64,000 bases of DNA from Dudresnaya verticillata (Eukaryota). Of this stretch, positions 59,325 through 64,000 are shown piece after piece. A program made the translations under genes and the position numbers. The stretch lies in the NCBI GenBank assembly GCA_977862235.1, contig OZ374565.1:310001-374000 (forward strand). The letters run 5' to 3'. How positions within the stretch are numbered: position 1 is the stretch's first letter; each line of letters opens with the position of its first letter. Below the pieces are notes generated by a model. The model ran no database searches, was not told where the DNA came from, and saw nothing but the letters and a program-made list of their open reading frames with translations.

Positions 59325-61073
59325 TTAAGCAAGCTTGAATACCACGCAGTAATTAGGAGAGTTCGAAGTTCCTCGGACACGGAAAATAACTTTCAGGCAC
59401 TTCCTGTCAATCCTCTCGAACGGCCGCGGGTCAAAACGATTCGGCACAACCGCGTACTGCCCATAGCGGGAAGATGCCGCAAATAGCTTCCCTTTCGCTC
59501 GAGTCTCCTGGCCATTGGGTTTCACAAATACAGTGCGCAATATTGCAGAGCGCAACACCCCGGGATGCCTCCCATCGAGCAAGTTCACAACAGGCGGTGT
59601 GAACTTCTTCTTGAATATCGGCTCACCAGGAATCAGAAACGCTGGAATCCCAGTCGGGAATGTATGGAATCGCAGCAAGCAGTGGTAGCTTGCGCTTCTA
59701 CATGCGTCTTTAAGCGGTGCGGGTGTTGGGGCAGCAGCTCCCAAACAAAGATCTCCAGCCAACTTATTCACTTGCGAAGAGAGCACTGCGAATGAAGGTG
59801 CACGCAGAGCGAAGCTGGGACTTGATGCCAGATCTTCTAGGTACTTTCCGGCCACTCCGTTTCCAATTCCGACAGTAAGAATTGCTATTCCGTGACTCTT
59901 CACTGACGCTGATATATTGGTTACCCGAGGAACGGCATTGTCCCTTCCGTCTGTTACCACGACGAGAAGTTTCGTCCCTTTCCTTGGGTGCAGATCATTG
60001 AAACATGCCTGAACACCAGCAAACATGTTCGTGTATCCAATCGTCCCCTTCAGAGCTGCGATAGCAGGCATGAACTGTTGCAATCTCTGCATAGTCATAG
60101 TGCGGACCGATTTCGCCCGAATATTGAAGGTGTGAGCAGAGTAATAAGCCATAGGACTCCTCAAGGCGACCTGCCTGGAGGTTTCCCGCACAAATTCCTT
60201 CTCCATTTCAAGTTCAGCGGCGCTCATCGATCGACTGTTGTCAATTGCGAAACAAACGTTGTCGACGGGGCAAGGCGTCGGTGATGGCGACACAGATGGG
60301 GTGACAGAGGTTGATGGGGTGGCAGAGGTTGATGGAGTCGGTGATGGCGACCCAGATGGGGTGACAGAGGTTGATGAAGTGGGTGAGGCAGTTGGTGTAA
60401 TTGTAGGCGTAGGGCTTGTTGTCGGGCAGGGAGAAGTTATCGAGACTTGGCACGAAGCCTTCGTAGCTTGTTGAATGACAGAAGCCAAGTTTCCGAACCT
60501 TGCGTTGACGTAGAATGCCGGACTGCTGGCAACTTGTTTCAGAAAGGCTTCGCTTATGCCACTGCCGATGCCTATTGTGACAATGGCAATACCACTGGTA
60601 GTCTTCATGGAATTGGCAATAGATAGGGTTGGAAAAGGACCACTATCAACTCCATCAGTCAGGGCCACAACCACACGGTTTCCGACTGTTCCAACAAGCG
60701 ACCTACAGACTGCTAAGCCCCTCCCAATGTTCGTTCCTCGAGCGATTTGGGTTGTGCTCTGGATTGCATTCTTGAAACTGGAAATGCTTGAGGTACTAGT
60801 AGACACCGTGCGAGCACTATCTGAAAAAGAAGCTGCGCTGTACTTAACAATTGCCCCTTGGTTTGCAGCAGCAACAGCATCAGCTAACGATGAAACAAAG
60901 CCCTTCTGCTCTAGAAATTGGGGGGAAGTGATCGATCCACTCTCATCCAATGCGAAACACACATGTTGAATGGAACAAGTCGTTGTCCCCGTTCCGCATG
61001 GCGGCGGAGATGCAGCTTTTGCGCTGGAAATGATTCCAAGCAAAACACAGAGCAAAGAAAAGAACGTCTTCAT
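59325..61073 (-). CDS. Secreted double-vWA protein, variant with shorter linker and divergent vWA1 (582 aa)
   Basis: Same architecture as 18122-20188, with 106 fewer linker residues and 23 substitutions. Confidence 0.92.
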   Translation of the reverse strand: MKTFFSLLCVLLGIISSAKAASPPPCGTGTTTCSIQHVCFALDESGSITSPQFLEQKGFVSSLADAVAAANQGAIVKYSAASFSDSARTVSTSTSSISSFKNAIQSTTQIARGTNIGRGLAVCRSLVGTVGNRVVVALTDGVDSGPFPTLSIANSMKTTSGIAIVTIGIGSGISEAFLKQVASSPAFYVNARFGNLASVIQQATKASCQVSITSPCPTTSPTPTITPTASPTSSTSVTPSGSPSPTPSTSATPSTSVTPSVSPSPTPCPVDNVCFAIDNSRSMSAAELEMEKEFVRETSRQVALRSPMAYYSAHTFNIRAKSVRTMTMQRLQQFMPAIAALKGTIGYTNMFAGVQACFNDLHPRKGTKLLVVVTDGRDNAVPRVTNISASVKSHGIAILTVGIGNGVAGKYLEDLASSPSFALRAPSFAVLSSQVNKLAGDLCLGAAAPTPAPLKDACRSASYHCLLRFHTFPTGIPAFLIPGEPIFKKKFTPPVVNLLDGRHPGVLRSAILRTVFVKPNGQETRAKGKLFAASSRYGQYAVVPNRFDPRPFERIDRKCLKVIFRVRGTSNSPNYCVVFKLA

Positions 61074-63660
61074 GCTACCTCTTAAACAGATGGAGAGGTT
61101 GCGCTTACGAATTAAATCCCAGAAACGAAGCCAACACTCTGTGTGTCGGCCGATAACAGTCTGAACACTTTCCCTGAAGCCAGAGCCCCTTGAGTTCAGA
61201 AGGGTCTTAGTCTTATATACTGTCTTATTTGAAAGACTTCCCTGATATCTTAGATGTTACGTCGGAGCAGAAGTTTTCACCATCTATCGACACATTCAAG
61301 ACGATAGGTTTATACCGACCACGGGTTTATTTAAAATGTTTATGTACCTAGTCAATCGCCAACGATTTCCTGCTTATTGCAGGTTTTTCTTAATAGAAGA
61401 AACAATGCCAATCGACTAGCGTTCTGCTTGTAACGTCGCCATGCCCCCCTCTGATGCAGGAAACTTGTTCGAAACTGTGAAGTGCTGCACAGTAAGGCAC
61501 AGGAAGGTACGTAAAAGCAGCAAATCTACAAAAAATGGTGCCTAGTCTTCCCATGGATTCAGAGAGGTCATTAGATAGACATCTGCGGGGAAGAGTAAGA
61601 AGGACATCCAAGTCTGTATAATAAATTGGCAAAACTGGCAATGCCGTAGTCCATAATTTAGGAAGCTCTTCGAAATGGTGAGGCACTGTTATGCATGCAC
61701 TACATTTACAGGATGTGTAGAATATATAAGAAAGAACGCGGTCGTGGTGCATGAGATAACTCACAAACCTTATTGAAAATGCACATTTTACACAATGAGC
61801 CTCCAGAGAGACTGGTCACTGAACCAGACTCGTTCATTACTGCAGGGAGGGTCGATGTAGAAAGCGAGAGACCGCGTTGGGGTATCTGCCTGATTGTAGC
61901 GCGGCATTGCTCACCATCTGTCACAGAGTACAGTACGTCACTATCGCGAGCGCTGATTATTATATCCCGATTTTTTCTGCAATAAGTATTAAACGTGTTA
62001 GAATCCAGAAATGCATCTTTCGCTGCCTGTGGAACAGCAGTACCAAGAGGCAGTCAATCCGATGCATGGCGCTTATGTACAAAATGGCACCTCTGATTAA
62101 ACTGGTAGAAGGCGTTTCTGCTGGGTATATACGTCACTTGCGGCGTAACAGAACTGCATTACCGCACAAATTGAAACCCGAACGGCGGGGCCTTAAAATA
62201 GCTGCTTCAGTACTCCTCGAGATTCATCGACATGACCTATTGCAAACGGAGACCTGATTACAAAACAAGAAAAAAACAACAGGAGACTCAACAGGGGCGG
62301 GCTCACCCGTCCCCTGTAATTTCATTATTGTATTGAGAGAGACCTTTATTAAAGAACAAGAGTTTATTGTACTGTGTAATCGGCAGGGGGTCTTCCTAGG
62401 ACACATCTCTTTTCGCACATAAGCCCATCAATCGACCGTGTGAACGTTAAACAACAAATAAAATACAACAACACATAGAAATTGCTCTTGTTGCGAAACC
62501 AATCGACAGTTTTATAAAATGCTCACCCTTTTCTGCAACATGTCGTTTTAATTCTAATATTATTGCAATCTGTGTCGTTCTGTTGTCTACACTGCAGGAT
62601 CGCGTGCTACGGCGTCGGTGGCGTCGAGAGCGGCGCGGCGCATTGTGCGCGGCGCGCGTGAGCGGGGCCGGCGGGGCGAAGGCCGCGCGCGAGCGACTCG
62701 CCGCCATGGTTGCTCGCGGTCGGACGGGGGGAGGGGGCGGGGGGGACGCGCGAGCTGAGCTCGGCACGACGGGCGCGGCGCGAGGCTGATCTGCGCGTTG
62801 GGGCGGGGAGTGAGAGCTCGCGGCGCGGCATCGGCACGAACGGCGCCGCTGCGGTGCGCGGCGCGCGCGCATTGGTCGAGGCGCGGGGCGATTGGAGTGT
62901 TTCTGTGAAGGGTTCTCGCTGCCGCGTTGCACACGTGTATCGAGCGTTTCTTGTGTGACCTGCCATGAAGGCTTCATTGCAGGCATCGCGCAGACGCTCC
63001 TTGTGCCCACTATGCACTACCACTCTCACAATCCGCGCAAGGTCCGGAATGCTGCAAAGTAGACCTCCGGAAGCATTCCCTCACTTACAAAACACCGGCA
63101 CCCTCCGCGGCACCGCCTTCCTTTCGTTCACAGCACTTTCGATACCACCCCAATTCCACTTTTGTTAGTCGACAACTTCGCGTGCTTCCATGCTCCTCAT
63201 TCCGCAGCCTGCTCAACCTAGTTCTATCACTCGGATCGACCATCTCATTCTTCAAACGTTCACCGAGGCAATAAAGTTGACAAATTCTCTCGAGTTCCTA
63301 TTTTCAATACTACCCATGGGAAGCAAAACAATATCACTCCCATAAAGAGAGTCGCGAGATTTAGCTTTGCACCGCAGTAACCGTAGGCCCCTTCATTGTT
63401 CAATGCCAATTAACTCCAACAAAGGGCATGATGACCAACCTTAGTGGTCTTTCCATCATTTCCATTCAGAAAAATCCATACCATAAGAATCCCCTCGACA
63501 GAGCTGCTCGCTCCCTTGTGCTTGTGCTACCTCATATCAACTCCCCATCCGATCCGACCCTGTAGCAACCTCCAACGTTTCCCGCATGTTCCTCGGCTGC
63601 AAGGGCTCGTCACTGAAAAAAGAAACGGACTACCTTGCTTGACATAACTCTGCATCGATA

Positions 63661-64000
63661 ATGACTACTGATGCATGGCTTGAAAGACTCAATCCGGAGG
63701 AAGAAGAGGTCTACAACCTGATTAACAGTGCCGAAGAGGAATATTTGCGATATTTATCCGCAAAGGCACATCACGCCCCGCTTCCCTTAGAAGAATATCA
63801 TCTTGTCTATTCTGCGCTATCACGAGCACTACGATGCCAGCAGCGTCTGGTTCTACTTGGGGTCAACGTCATGGAAAACTTCTTGGCCTCCGGAACACTC
63901 AACATTGTTGAAAACCAAATCAACCTCCACGCTGCTCCATCGCGTAGAATTTCGTATCCGCCATTGAGGAACAATGCGCAGAAAATTGCCAGTGATACGC
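63661..64000 (+). CDS. Hypothetical protein copy 2 (cut by window end)
   Basis: Same start as 22776. Confidence 0.55.
   Translation, partial: MTTDAWLERLNPEEEEVYNLINSAEEEYLRYLSAKAHHAPLPLEEYHLVYSALSRALRCQQRLVLLGVNVMENFLASGTLNIVENQINLHAAPSRRISYPPLRNNAQKIASDT

Larger units (their letters stand above)
41203..64000. repeat. Copy 2 of tandem segmental duplication (runs off window end)
   Basis: Near-identical to 1-23115, with only scattered SNPs outside the vWA gene. Confidence 0.98.

Overview
Eukaryotic, transposon-rich nuclear DNA. The intron-poor genes, WLDD-type Ty3/gypsy reverse transcriptase and secreted vWA protein suggest a red alga, which is inference only. The window holds about 1.55 units of a near-identical ~41.2 kb tandem duplication (1-23115 = 41203-64000). 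The repeated part contains a nest of Ty3/gypsy fragments and solo LTRs, two retroelement 3' regions carrying related antisense ORFs, a 3' fragment of WDR82/SWD2, a frameshifted RRP5, tRNA-like Pol III remnants, a secreted double-vWA mucin-like gene and an unknown 194-aa ORF. The part seen once contains a defective chromodomain Ty3/gypsy element (24981-38950). Its RT is interrupted by a 7.1 kb non-coding LTR-derived element with 435-bp terminal INVERTED repeats, a 5-bp TSD and an array of about 55 palindromic CGTC-N3-GACG motifs separated by divergent spacers. The two vWA gene copies differ almost only by amino-acid-changing substitutions in vWA domain 1, concentrated in predicted MIDAS-face loops. 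All counts were made by eye.
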